Shown piece by piece: positions 47,577 to 56,245 of a stretch of 64,000 nt of DNA. Position numbers and translations under genes: made by a program. Each line of letters opens with the position of its first letter. The stretch's first letter is position 1. This DNA comes from Candidatus Woesearchaeota archaeon (lineage in GTDB: Archaea > Nanobdellota > Nanobdellia > SCGC-AAA011-G17 > JACPIM01): assembly GCA_964513145.1 (NCBI GenBank), contig CAZELK010000001.1, forward strand, positions 64,001 to 128,000. The letters run 5' to 3'. The notes beneath the pieces are model-generated. The model saw only the letters and a program-made list of their open reading frames with translations. It ran no database searches and had not been told where the DNA came from.

Positions 47577-47924
47577 TTAAGCAACAGCAGCCAGTGCTTT
47601 TTTTATTTCTTTTATCTGTAATTTTTCCTTTTTTTCATTTGGTATGTCAATATCGATAACTTTTATATCTGGCTTCATGTTTTCTACATATTTTTTGCCA
47701 GTTTCTGTGATTTTAATTTTTCCATCAATTGATGTGACGTATGTTGGAGCTAATTCTGTAAGAAGATAAGAGCCACTGTTTGTTTTGGAAATATTCATTA
47801 GATCATTTCTATCAGCCATTCTATTTGAACCATATAAATTTTTAAGAATTTCTTCAGCTTCTTTTAACATACCAAGATTAAGTCGTTTCTCGATTGGTAT
47901 TTTGCTTCTTTCTTCGTAACTCAT
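47577..47924 (-). CDS. Hypothetical protein, possibly winged-helix
   Basis: KITETGKKYV resembles a wHTH wing/helix; weak. Confidence 0.55.
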   Translation of the reverse strand: MSYEERSKIPIEKRLNLGMLKEAEEILKNLYGSNRMADRNDLMNISKTNSGSYLLTELAPTYVTSIDGKIKITETGKKYVENMKPDIKVIDIDIPNEKKEKLQIKEIKKALAAVA

Positions 47925-48020
47925 TAATTTTTATAGCTATTATGTTATTTATATGTTTTATTGTTTTTTAGCACTTTTTTACTTAAATAAATTTAAATAC
48001 AAATTAAGTTTCTTCTTTTT

Positions 48021-50891
48021 ATGGGTTTTAATGAAATAGAGAAAAAGTGGCAGAACAAATGGGAAAAAGAAGGGATTTTTAAAACAAAAAAAGATTCGAA
48101 AAAAAAGAAGTTTTTTTGCCTTGAAATGTTTCCCTATCCAAGCGCAAGCTATTTACATATGGGTCATGTAAGAAACTATACTATAGGGGATATAATTGCC
48201 AGGTTTAAAAGAATGCAGGGATTTAATGTTCTATACCCAATGGGTTATGATTCTTTTGGCTTACCTGCTGAAAATGCTGCGAAAAAACAAAATATTCATC
48301 CTAAAACCTATACTGAAGAAGCAATTAAAAAAATAATTGAATATCAGAAAGCTTTAGGAAATTCTTATGACTGGTCAAGAAAAATATCGACACATGAGCC
48401 AGATTATTATAAGTGGAACCAATATTTTTTCTTGAAGTTCCTGGAAAAAGGCTTAGTTTACAGGAAGAAAGCGCCAGTAAACTGGTGTCAATCATGTAAT
48501 TCAACTTTAGCAAATGAAGAAGTTGTTTCTGGAAAATGCTGGAGACATGAAGACACAGAAGTGCAGCAAAAGGAATTAGAGCAATGGTTTTTGAGAACAA
48601 CAGAATATGCTGATGAAATTCTTAGAGACATAGACAAATTAGAATGGTCTGATAGAATAAAAATATTGCAAAAAAACTGGATAGGAAAAAGTGAAGGTGT
48701 TTTAATTAATTTTCCCGTAAAAAATACCAATCATAAAATACAGGTTTTTACAACAAGACCAGACACTATTTTTGGAGTTACTTTTTTAGTTGTTTCTCCG
48801 AAACACAAATTAGTTAATGAGCTGTTAAAAATAAATAAAAATGAATTTGAAGATCTTAATAAAAAAGTTCAGAATGAAGAGCAGAAAGACAAAGAAGGAG
48901 TTTTTTTAGGTTCTTATGCAATAAATCCTTTAACAAATGAAGCAGTTCCTATTTATGCTGCTAACTTTGTAGTTGCAGAATATGGAACTGGGGCGATTAT
49001 GTGCGTACCTAGCCATGATAAAAGGGATTATGAATTTGCAATTAAATATGACATAAAAATTAAACAAGTTATTGCCCCCCATTTTATTTCAAAAGGAAAT
49101 GATGCTCCTAAAAAAGGAAAGAAAGTTGTTAAAAGGAACACAGTTTATTCCATTCTAAGAAATCCAAAAACAGATGAATTTTTATGCCTGAATTGGAAAA
49201 AATTTAATTGGCATACTTTTATCATAGGCGGTGTTAATAAAAATGAAGACCCAGTTGAAGCTGCTGAAAGGGAATTAAAAGAAGAAACTGGCTATAAAAA
49301 TATAAAGTTAATTAGTTCTTTAAAATTCTGCTATGCAGAATATTTTGCTGCACATAAAGATGAGAACAGGGAAGCTTTAGCACAGGCATTTGTATTTGAA
49401 TTAATTAATGATGATTATGAAAAAACAAAAGAAGAAGATACAAAAAACCATGATTTAGTCTGGTTAGAAAAAGACAAGGTTGCTAATTTTTTAAATTTAG
49501 AATCTCAAAAATTTACATGGGACAATTATTTAAAGGATTCAGCTTATACTGGGGAAGGTATTTTAATTAATTCTGAAAAATTTAATTATTTAAATTCCAA
49601 AGATGCTATTAATAAAATTTCTGAATTTATTGAGAAAAACAAACTTGGGAAAAAAATTACACAATTTAAATTAAGAGACTGGCTGATTTCGAGACAAAGA
49701 TATTGGGGAACACCCATACCTATTATATATTGTGAAAAATGCGGAATTGTTCCTTTGAAAGAAAAAGACTTGCCAATTTTACTGCCTGAAAAAGTTAGAT
49801 TTGATGTTGAAGGAAATCCCTTGAACTATGTCAAGGAATTTGTAGAAGTTAAATGTCCCAATTGTCATTCTAAAGCTAGAAGAGAGACTGATACAATGGG
49901 GGGGTTTGTTGATTCATCATGGTATTTTTTAAGATTTTGTTCACCTACTGAGAAAAATAAACCTTTTGACAAGAAAGATGTTAAATATTGGATGCCTGTA
50001 GACCAGTATATTGGCGGGATAGAACATGCTGTAGGACATTTAATTTATTCAAGATTTTTTACAAAGGCACTTAGGGATTTAAAGATGATAAATATTTCAG
50101 AACCTTTTACACGATTATTTAATCAGGGTATTGTTTACAAAGATGGACACAAGATGAGCAAGAGTTTTGGGAATATAGTTACACAGACTGAAATTTCCGG
50201 AAAATATGGAATTGATACTGCGAGAATTTTTTTGATGTCTGTCGCAAATCCAGAATCTGACATGGAATGGTCTGACAAAGGTGTTGATGGAAGCTTTAGG
50301 TTTTTACAAAAAGTGTCCAGAGTTTTAGAACTTGAAATGAAAAAACCAAATGAAAAAGATTTACATAAAATGAATTTAACTGTAAAAAATTATACTAGCT
50401 TTTTAGAAAATTTTCAATTTAATCTGGCTGTAATTGAGCTAATAAAATATTGCGATTATATTTCTGAGAACCCTACAAAAGAAGGATATGAAACTTTAAT
50501 TAAATTGATTTCCCCATTTGCTCCACATACTGCTGAAGAATTATGGCATAATTTAAAGAACAAGTCTTTTGTTTCTATAGAGAAATGGCCTGCTTGTGAC
50601 GAGAAAAAAATTAATTTTAAAATAGAAGAACAGGAAAAAAATATTGAAAAATTAGTTGAAGATATCCAGAATGTAATTAAAATATTCAAAGACAAATCAA
50701 AAGAAGTCTTAAAAGTATTTATTTATGTCCTGCCAAATGAAGAAAATATTTATTCAAATAATCTGGAAAATATACAAAAAAGAATAAACCTGGATATAAA
50801 AATTTTTACAGTCAATGACAAGAAAAAATATGATCCCGAGAATAAATCTTCGAAAGCGAAAGTAAATAAACCAGCAATTTATCTTGAGTAA
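48021..50891 (+). CDS. leuS: Leucine--tRNA ligase, bacterial-type core with inserted NUDIX domain
   Basis: MFPYPS, HMGH, DWLISRQRYWG, KMSKS; Nudix box GGVNKNEDPVEAAERELKEETGY at 49227-49295. Confidence 0.97.
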   Translation: MGFNEIEKKWQNKWEKEGIFKTKKDSKKKKFFCLEMFPYPSASYLHMGHVRNYTIGDIIARFKRMQGFNVLYPMGYDSFGLPAENAAKKQNIHPKTYTEEAIKKIIEYQKALGNSYDWSRKISTHEPDYYKWNQYFFLKFLEKGLVYRKKAPVNWCQSCNSTLANEEVVSGKCWRHEDTEVQQKELEQWFLRTTEYADEILRDIDKLEWSDRIKILQKNWIGKSEGVLINFPVKNTNHKIQVFTTRPDTIFGVTFLVVSPKHKLVNELLKINKNEFEDLNKKVQNEEQKDKEGVFLGSYAINPLTNEAVPIYAANFVVAEYGTGAIMCVPSHDKRDYEFAIKYDIKIKQVIAPHFISKGNDAPKKGKKVVKRNTVYSILRNPKTDEFLCLNWKKFNWHTFIIGGVNKNEDPVEAAERELKEETGYKNIKLISSLKFCYAEYFAAHKDENREALAQAFVFELINDDYEKTKEEDTKNHDLVWLEKDKVANFLNLESQKFTWDNYLKDSAYTGEGILINSEKFNYLNSKDAINKISEFIEKNKLGKKITQFKLRDWLISRQRYWGTPIPIIYCEKCGIVPLKEKDLPILLPEKVRFDVEGNPLNYVKEFVEVKCPNCHSKARRETDTMGGFVDSSWYFLRFCSPTEKNKPFDKKDVKYWMPVDQYIGGIEHAVGHLIYSRFFTKALRDLKMINISEPFTRLFNQGIVYKDGHKMSKSFGNIVTQTEISGKYGIDTARIFLMSVANPESDMEWSDKGVDGSFRFLQKVSRVLELEMKKPNEKDLHKMNLTVKNYTSFLENFQFNLAVIELIKYCDYISENPTKEGYETLIKLISPFAPHTAEELWHNLKNKSFVSIEKWPACDEKKINFKIEEQEKNIEKLVEDIQNVIKIFKDKSKEVLKVFIYVLPNEENIYSNNLENIQKRINLDIKIFTVNDKKKYDPENKSSKAKVNKPAIYLE

Positions 50892-50894
50892 AAA

Positions 50895-51137
50895 ATGGAT
50901 GGGTTGGAAAAAAAACTAAATGACATGACTTCTTCAAGTGACAGCAACAGATTATTTGCACAACTACCATATGGCAATCAGCAAGATAAGGACGCAGTGA
51001 TTTTTATAGACAAATATACTAAATTTCAAAGTTATCTTGGAATGTCAGCACTTGTATATTTTACTATTGACTTTGGTTGTTTTATTCTTAAAAATAAAAG
51101 CCTGTTATTTGACTGGCTTGAATATTTATATAAATAG
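50895..51137 (+). CDS. Small hypothetical protein with one C-terminal TM segment
   Basis: Starts 3 nt after the leuS stop; hydrophobic stretch. Confidence 0.5.
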   Translation: MDGLEKKLNDMTSSSDSNRLFAQLPYGNQQDKDAVIFIDKYTKFQSYLGMSALVYFTIDFGCFILKNKSLLFDWLEYLYK

Positions 51138-51249
51138 GCAGAGAGGGAAGGTGGGCAGTAACAGAAAAAAGGCCGGAGAAAGCTTTATATATTAAATTTT
51201 AGATAAATTCTTTACTTTAATCTTAAACAAATATAACACGGGGGTTAAA

Positions 51250-52890
51250 ATGACACAACAGCAAGGAAATCAACCAATCTTTATTTTAGCTGAAAATACT
51301 CAAAGGAGCAAGGGCAGAGATGCACAAAGAAATAATATAATGGCTGCAAAGCTAGTAGCTGAAACAGTCAGATCCACATTAGGTCCAAAGGGAATGGATA
51401 AAATGCTAGTTGATTCTGTTGGTGATATTGTTGTTACAAATGATGGTGTTACAATTTTAGAAGAAATGCAGATTGAACATCCTGCAGCTAAAATGATTGT
51501 TGAAGTTGCTAAAACACAGGAAGAAGAAGTTGGAGACGGGACAACTACTGCTGTAATCTTGTCAGGAGAATTATTGAAAAATGCCGAGACTTTGCTTGAA
51601 AAGGATGTTCACCCTACTGTCATAACAAGGGGTTATGCTCTGGCTGCTGGTAAGGCAATAGAGATTTTAAATAAAATTTCTGAGCCAATTTCTAAAACTG
51701 ATGATGAAATTTTAAAGAAGATAGCTGCAACAGCTATGACTGGAAAAGGGGCTGAATCAGCAAAAGAAGTTTTATCTGAATTAGCAATCAATGCTGTAAA
51801 GCAAGTTCTTGAAGAAGGACAATTAGATATTGAAGACATAAAAATAGAAAAGAAAGTTGGCGGTGGAGTTGAAGATTCTGAATTAATTAAAGGGATAGTT
51901 CTGGATAAAGACAGGGCTCATCCCGGAATGCCAAAGTCCTTGAAAAATGCAAGAATCGCACTTTTGGATGTAGCTTTGGAAATAAAAAATACTGAAACAG
52001 ATGCAAAGATACAAGTTTCAGATCCAACACAATTACAGTTATTTATGGAGCAGGAAGAAAAAATTCTGAAAGACATGGCTGACAAGGTAATAAAGTCAGG
52101 AGCCAATGTAATATTTACACAAAAAGGAATTGATGATTTAGTGACTCATTTTTTGGCAAAGGCAGGAATTTATGCTGCCAAAAGGATTAAAAAATCTGAT
52201 ATGGAAAAATTAGCCAGAGCAACAGGTGCAAAAATTGTAAGCAAGCTAAGTGATTTAACTAAAGAAGATTTAGGAAAATCAGGAACAGTTGAAGAAGTTA
52301 AAATCGGGGATGAACAAATGACTTATGTTAAGGACTGCGTAAATCCAAAGGCAGTTACTTTATTGATCAAAGGCGGAACAGAACATGTTATTGATGAAAT
52401 TGAAAGGGCAATGAAGGATGCTTTAGGAGACATAGCTGCAGCATTGAAAGTTGGAAAAGTTGTTGCTGGTGCTGGTTCAACTGAAATGGAAGTTTCAAAA
52501 CAATTAAGGGAATATGCAGCAAAATTATCTGGCAGAGAACAATTAGGAGTATTAGCTTTTGCTGATTCTTTGGAGATTATACCAAGAACTCTGGCTGAAA
52601 ATGCAGGCTTAGATCCCATAGATATTTTAACAGAATTAAAAGTTCAACATGACAAGGGAAATAAATGGGCTGGTGTTGATGCGAATTCTTCCAAAATAAT
52701 GGACTCATGGAAATCTGGAGTAATTGAACCTTTGAAAACAAAGACACAGGCAATAAAATCAGCAACAGAAGTGGCTGAATTGTTATTAAGAATTGATGAT
52801 GTAATAGCTGCATCAAATTTATCCAAGGGCGGCGGTGGAATGCCTCCTGGCGGAATGGGCGGAATGCCTGACATGTCTGGGATGATGTAA
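51250..52890 (+). CDS. ths: Thermosome subunit (group II chaperonin)
   Basis: [24 protein letters not shown]-rich tail. Confidence 0.98.
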   Translation: MTQQQGNQPIFILAENTQRSKGRDAQRNNIMAAKLVAETVRSTLGPKGMDKMLVDSVGDIVVTNDGVTILEEMQIEHPAAKMIVEVAKTQEEEVGDGTTTAVILSGELLKNAETLLEKDVHPTVITRGYALAAGKAIEILNKISEPISKTDDEILKKIAATAMTGKGAESAKEVLSELAINAVKQVLEEGQLDIEDIKIEKKVGGGVEDSELIKGIVLDKDRAHPGMPKSLKNARIALLDVALEIKNTETDAKIQVSDPTQLQLFMEQEEKILKDMADKVIKSGANVIFTQKGIDDLVTHFLAKAGIYAAKRIKKSDMEKLARATGAKIVSKLSDLTKEDLGKSGTVEEVKIGDEQMTYVKDCVNPKAVTLLIKGGTEHVIDEIERAMKDALGDIAAALKVGKVVAGAGSTEMEVSKQLREYAAKLSGREQLGVLAFADSLEIIPRTLAENAGLDPIDILTELKVQHDKGNKWAGVDANSSKIMDSWKSGVIEPLKTKTQAIKSATEVAELLLRIDDVIAASNLSKGGGGMPPGGMGGMPDMSGMM

Positions 52891-53256
52891 ATGAAATTAG
52901 ATGATTTAAAATATTTGCCGATTTTAACTGAAAATGTTTATTTTGCTAAACAAGAAAGAAGAGAAATTCAAGAAATTGCAGAAGTGAAAGTTGTGCCTGT
53001 TTCTAAGTCCAGAGAAATAGTTTCTGATAATTATGTTGCGTATATTTTGGGTTTAATAAAGCCCGGGTTTTATTTTGATGATTTTAATGGTATAGTAAAG
53101 AAAAATGAAAACTGGGAAGAGCATACTCTAGTTTGGTGTAATGAAACTATGGAATTATCAAATGGGGTTAGACTGCCGCTTGAAGCGAGAAGTAATTTAT
53201 GCTACGCCGGCTTATCAGAGATATTAGAGTACAAAACCTTTAAAAAATTTGAATAA
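52891..53256 (+). CDS. Hypothetical protein
   Basis: Starts immediately after the thermosome stop; 121 aa. Confidence 0.6.
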   Translation: MKLDDLKYLPILTENVYFAKQERREIQEIAEVKVVPVSKSREIVSDNYVAYILGLIKPGFYFDDFNGIVKKNENWEEHTLVWCNETMELSNGVRLPLEARSNLCYAGLSEILEYKTFKKFE

Positions 53257-53265
53257 AACTATTTT

Positions 53266-53280
53266 TCGGAAACTTTTCGA
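53266..53280 (+). promoter_or_regulatory. Repeated upstream motif TCGGAAACTTTTCGA
   Basis: Near-identical copy at 53618-53632 with the same spacing to TATAAA and ATG. Confidence 0.55.
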
Positions 53281-53325
53281 TTTTTTCTGAGCAATTATTA
53301 TAAATTGTTAAATTAAAATTAATAT

Positions 53326-53553
53326 ATGGACAACAAATTTTTGGATGAACATCCTTTAATAACTTCAATAACAACAATCGGTGTAATTGATTTAATTTTA
53401 ACCCTGTTAGGTTTTGATAAAAATCAACTCTTAGTAGTCACTTTCTTTACATCTTTAATAATAATGTTTATATATTTTGATAAACGTATTGAAAAATTAG
53501 AAAAATCTAAAGAGGGTGAAATAAAATTAATAAAAAAGGCATATCACAGTTAA
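53326..53553 (+). CDS. Small two-TM membrane protein
   Basis: Two hydrophobic segments; TATAAA 27 nt upstream of the ATG. Confidence 0.65.
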   Translation: MDNKFLDEHPLITSITTIGVIDLILTLLGFDKNQLLVVTFFTSLIIMFIYFDKRIEKLEKSKEGEIKLIKKAYHS

Positions 53554-53617
53554 CTTTATTTATAATAATCATATTAATTATCATATTAATTATCTTTTTA
53601 AGAAATCAATAATTATT

Positions 53618-53632
53618 TCGGAAAGTTTTCGG
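53618..53632 (+). promoter_or_regulatory. Repeated upstream motif TCGGAAAGTTTTCGG
   Basis: Second copy; same offsets as 53266. Confidence 0.55.
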
Positions 53633-53677
53633 AATTTCTTACATAACGCATATAAATAATAAAATAATTTATTTTAT

Positions 53678-53839
53678 ATGGTAAACCCAATTAAAATAAG
53701 CGGCGGTGCTTTTTTCGTTTTTTTAGGAATAGTGTTGTTGAGCAAATTTGAAAATAATTTAACTTGGTCTGTTTTTGGCGCGCTTTCTATAGCAATTGGA
53801 ATGGGTTTAATAGCTTGGGTGTTTAATGAAAAAAATTGA
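53678..53839 (+). CDS. Small two-TM membrane protein (53 aa, below the ORF-track cutoff)
   Basis: Hand translation MVNPIKISGGAFFVFLGIVLLSKFENNLTWSVFGALSIAIGMGLIAWVFNEKN; TATAAA 27 nt upstream; overlaps the next gene. Confidence 0.7.
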   Translation: MVNPIKISGGAFFVFLGIVLLSKFENNLTWSVFGALSIAIGMGLIAWVFNEKN

Positions 53840-54086
53840 TCTTGAAAAGAATTGTTTGGATCTTGAATATCAGAAAAACTTACAGTTATTGAATGCTATT
53901 TTGATAACAAGCTCAGGCGGTTTAATAGCTTATTTAGCCAGCCTAATTTTAAATATAAGTCAATGGCGCGAATATTCTATAATTATAGCTGGAATTTTAT
54001 TGATAAGTATACTTGCTTATGCTAAAACAATTAGTAATTTAAATTTATTATCTAGCAAAATCAGAAATTTGAAAATGGAACAATAA
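53826..54086 (+). CDS. Small membrane protein
   Basis: Two hydrophobic segments. Confidence 0.65.
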   Translation: MKKIDLEKNCLDLEYQKNLQLLNAILITSSGGLIAYLASLILNISQWREYSIIIAGILLISILAYAKTISNLNLLSSKIRNLKMEQ

Positions 54087-54118
54087 GGTATATAAATAAG
54101 TAATTCTAATAATAAGTT

Positions 54119-54421
54119 ATGTCAAAAGAGGTAATGCAGGAATTAATTAAGACAAATATTTCTCTAGAAAAAAAAGTTATTGAATTACTTGGATCTGTAA
54201 ATGAATTAGCTAAAAGAGTGGATCAAATGGTTGGCATTTTTACAAAAGCAGCAGAACATATTGAGAGGGGGGATGTAAAAGAACCCTTGGCTGCAAAATT
54301 AACTGAATTATTAGATCAAAACAAGAAAATTGCACGCGGTTTGTTATTACTTGAGAGATATGTGAAGGAAAAATCTTCTTTTTCATCATCATTGTATAAA
54401 GAAGAAAATCCTGAGTTTTGA
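54119..54421 (+). CDS. Hypothetical coiled-coil protein
   Basis: Heptad-like pattern; ATGA overlap with the next gene. Confidence 0.7.
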   Translation: MSKEVMQELIKTNISLEKKVIELLGSVNELAKRVDQMVGIFTKAAEHIERGDVKEPLAAKLTELLDQNKKIARGLLLLERYVKEKSSFSSSLYKEENPEF

Positions 54422-55296
54422 TTATGGGTATTAAATTTCTTTTTGATGAAGAACTAGAAACAAGCAGAAAAGAGCTTCAAGAAGTTATAGACTCACTAGA
54501 CCAGGAAGATAATTCTGGTGTTGAAAAAAAAGCAGATGTGCTCAAAAAATTTTCCTATGCAATTGTTCATTCTCTGATGAAACCACAATTTGTCAAGAAA
54601 GAGGAACTTTTAAAACCAAATATTGAGCAAAGAAAAATCTCTTTATTGAGCAGATTTTTTACAAAAGACATTCATCCCATTGTAAAAAAAATAGAGCCAA
54701 AGCAAATACAAATTGAGAAGCCTGTTTTAAAACCAGCAGAAAAGAAACCAGAAATAATACAGAAAGACCTGATTCTGGACAAGATTACAAACAAAGTTCT
54801 TGCTTATGTAAAATTAACAGACAAGTACTATATTATAGAACCAATTCTAGATGAGAATGATACAAAAGTCCTGAACAAAGTATTATATAAAAGACCGAAA
54901 AATATGGAAAAAGGATGGAAACTTATTTCAAAATATGGCAGTAAATTTAATGTTACACCAGATCATTTTACAAATATAAAATATTTTGTTGTTAATTTTT
55001 TGTATGGACTGGGGAGAATAGAACCTTTAGTTTATGACAAGGATATAAAAGAGATTTATTGTGATGGATTTAACAAACCAGTTAAAATAAAGTATATTGA
55101 TAAGCCTGTTGATACAAACATTATTTACCCAACTAAAGAAGAACTTAATAATTTTATCTATGATTTATCTTTTAAAGTAAAACAGAAAATAAAGAGGGAT
55201 AACCCAACAATAACCTTTAATTACAGAGACTTATACTTTGAGTGTACAATAAGCTTTTCAGAATTAACAGATTCAAAGTTTGTAATCAAGAAATAA
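54418..55296 (+). CDS. Protein resembling the N-terminal domain of type II/IV secretion (FlaI/TadA/CpaF) ATPases, with no ATPase domain
   Basis: GLGRIEPLVYDKDIKEIYCDG.NKPV...TNI.Y...EELNNFI; no Walker A before the stop. Confidence 0.7.
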   Translation: MIMGIKFLFDEELETSRKELQEVIDSLDQEDNSGVEKKADVLKKFSYAIVHSLMKPQFVKKEELLKPNIEQRKISLLSRFFTKDIHPIVKKIEPKQIQIEKPVLKPAEKKPEIIQKDLILDKITNKVLAYVKLTDKYYIIEPILDENDTKVLNKVLYKRPKNMEKGWKLISKYGSKFNVTPDHFTNIKYFVVNFLYGLGRIEPLVYDKDIKEIYCDGFNKPVKIKYIDKPVDTNIIYPTKEELNNFIYDLSFKVKQKIKRDNPTITFNYRDLYFECTISFSELTDSKFVIKK

Positions 55297-55313
55297 TCTT
55301 TTAAAAAATTTTA

Positions 55314-55338
55314 GTGCCCAAATTTTTAGTAAGGGCAC
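55314..55338. terminator. Hairpin between convergent genes (possible bidirectional terminator)
   Basis: GTGCCC-13 nt-GGGCAC flanked by A/T runs. Confidence 0.5.
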
Positions 55339-55349
55339 AAGAATAATTT

Positions 55350-55433
55350 TTATCGTCTTCTCTTTGTTGATCGTCGTGCACTACTCTTTCGTTTAGTAGT
55401 TCTTCTTGCAGATGCTTTTCTTCTTGCTGCCAT
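55350..55433 (-). CDS. 27-aa protamine-like basic peptide
   Basis: MAARRKASARRTTKRKSSARRSTKRRR; GAGGTGA Shine-Dalgarno 10 nt upstream; TATA-like TATTTAAAT near 55489-55497. Confidence 0.75.
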   Translation of the reverse strand: MAARRKASARRTTKRKSSARRSTKRRR

Positions 55434-55552
55434 TTTTTTTAATTCACCTCTTTTTCTAATAATTATTAAGAAATATATGCTTTTTTTCATTTAAATATTT
55501 TTTGTTTTCTTATTTTAGGAAAATTTTTAAAATACAAATGATTATTAATTGC

Positions 55553-55855
55553 ATGATAAAAAAATTTTTCAAAACAACTTTGATTGTTATAGGAATTTTT
55601 TTGCTGATCATGATTGTAACATTGATCATGAAGGTTATAAATAAAAATTGCAATGCTGAAAATTCACTTTGCCAGCAAGGATACACATGCAACTTTAGAG
55701 AACAAAAATGTGTTGTTGCTGAAATGTGTCCTGATTTGAAACCAGAATTTTGCATTGCATTATATGATCCTGTCTGCAGTGAAGGAGAAGAATACAGCAA
55801 TGGATGTGCAGCGTGCAGAGAAGGAGTGAAAAATTATTATAAAGGCAAATGTTAA
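55553..55855 (+). CDS. Membrane-anchored Cys-rich protein with a Kazal-type domain
   Basis: N-terminal TM; CIALYDPVC...YSNGCAAC Kazal pattern; ATG 55553 preferred over TTG 55502. Confidence 0.75.
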   Translation: MIKKFFKTTLIVIGIFLLIMIVTLIMKVINKNCNAENSLCQQGYTCNFREQKCVVAEMCPDLKPEFCIALYDPVCSEGEEYSNGCAACREGVKNYYKGKC

Positions 55856-56046
55856 AATAAAATAGGTGATAAGAATTAAAAAAAGAGAGTGTGAAAATTG
55901 CGGTATAGAATACCCAATCAAGGAAAATGAAAAAGAGATAGACCTTTTTTATTGTCTTAATTGCAGAAGTGAATAGGCTTATTATTTGCGTTTTTATGGG
56001 CTTTTTAATCAAAAATATTATAAATCATCAGCTAGTAATAAAAATC

Positions 56047-56244
56047 ATGAAAATAACTGCTTATTTAGAAAGGACTAAAGAAACAAAAGAAATTGACATC
56101 AAGGATTTTAAAGACATATTTATGAAATTAAATTTAAATCCCGAGGCAATGCTGGTTTTAAGAGACAATCAATTAATTACTGAGAAGACAAAATTGAAAG
56201 AAAATGATAAAGTAAGAATAATGCCAGTTATATCAGGCGGTTAA
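56047..56244 (+). CDS. Ubiquitin-like sulfur carrier (ThiS/MoaD/SAMP/TtuB-like)
   Basis: C-terminal VISGG; about 65 aa from ATG 56047; directly upstream of thiI. Confidence 0.88.
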   Translation: MKITAYLERTKETKEIDIKDFKDIFMKLNLNPEAMLVLRDNQLITEKTKLKENDKVRIMPVISGG

Positions 56245-56245
56245 A

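Noticed and set aside
53569-53592. 12-bp tandem duplication TCATATTAATTA x2
   Set aside because: Only two AT-rich copies with no spacer; not CRISPR-like and plausible by slippage.
52891-54086. Integron-like cassette array of small genes
   Set aside because: No attC-like RYYYAAC...GTTRRRY inverted sites and no integrase; the genes have their own promoters.
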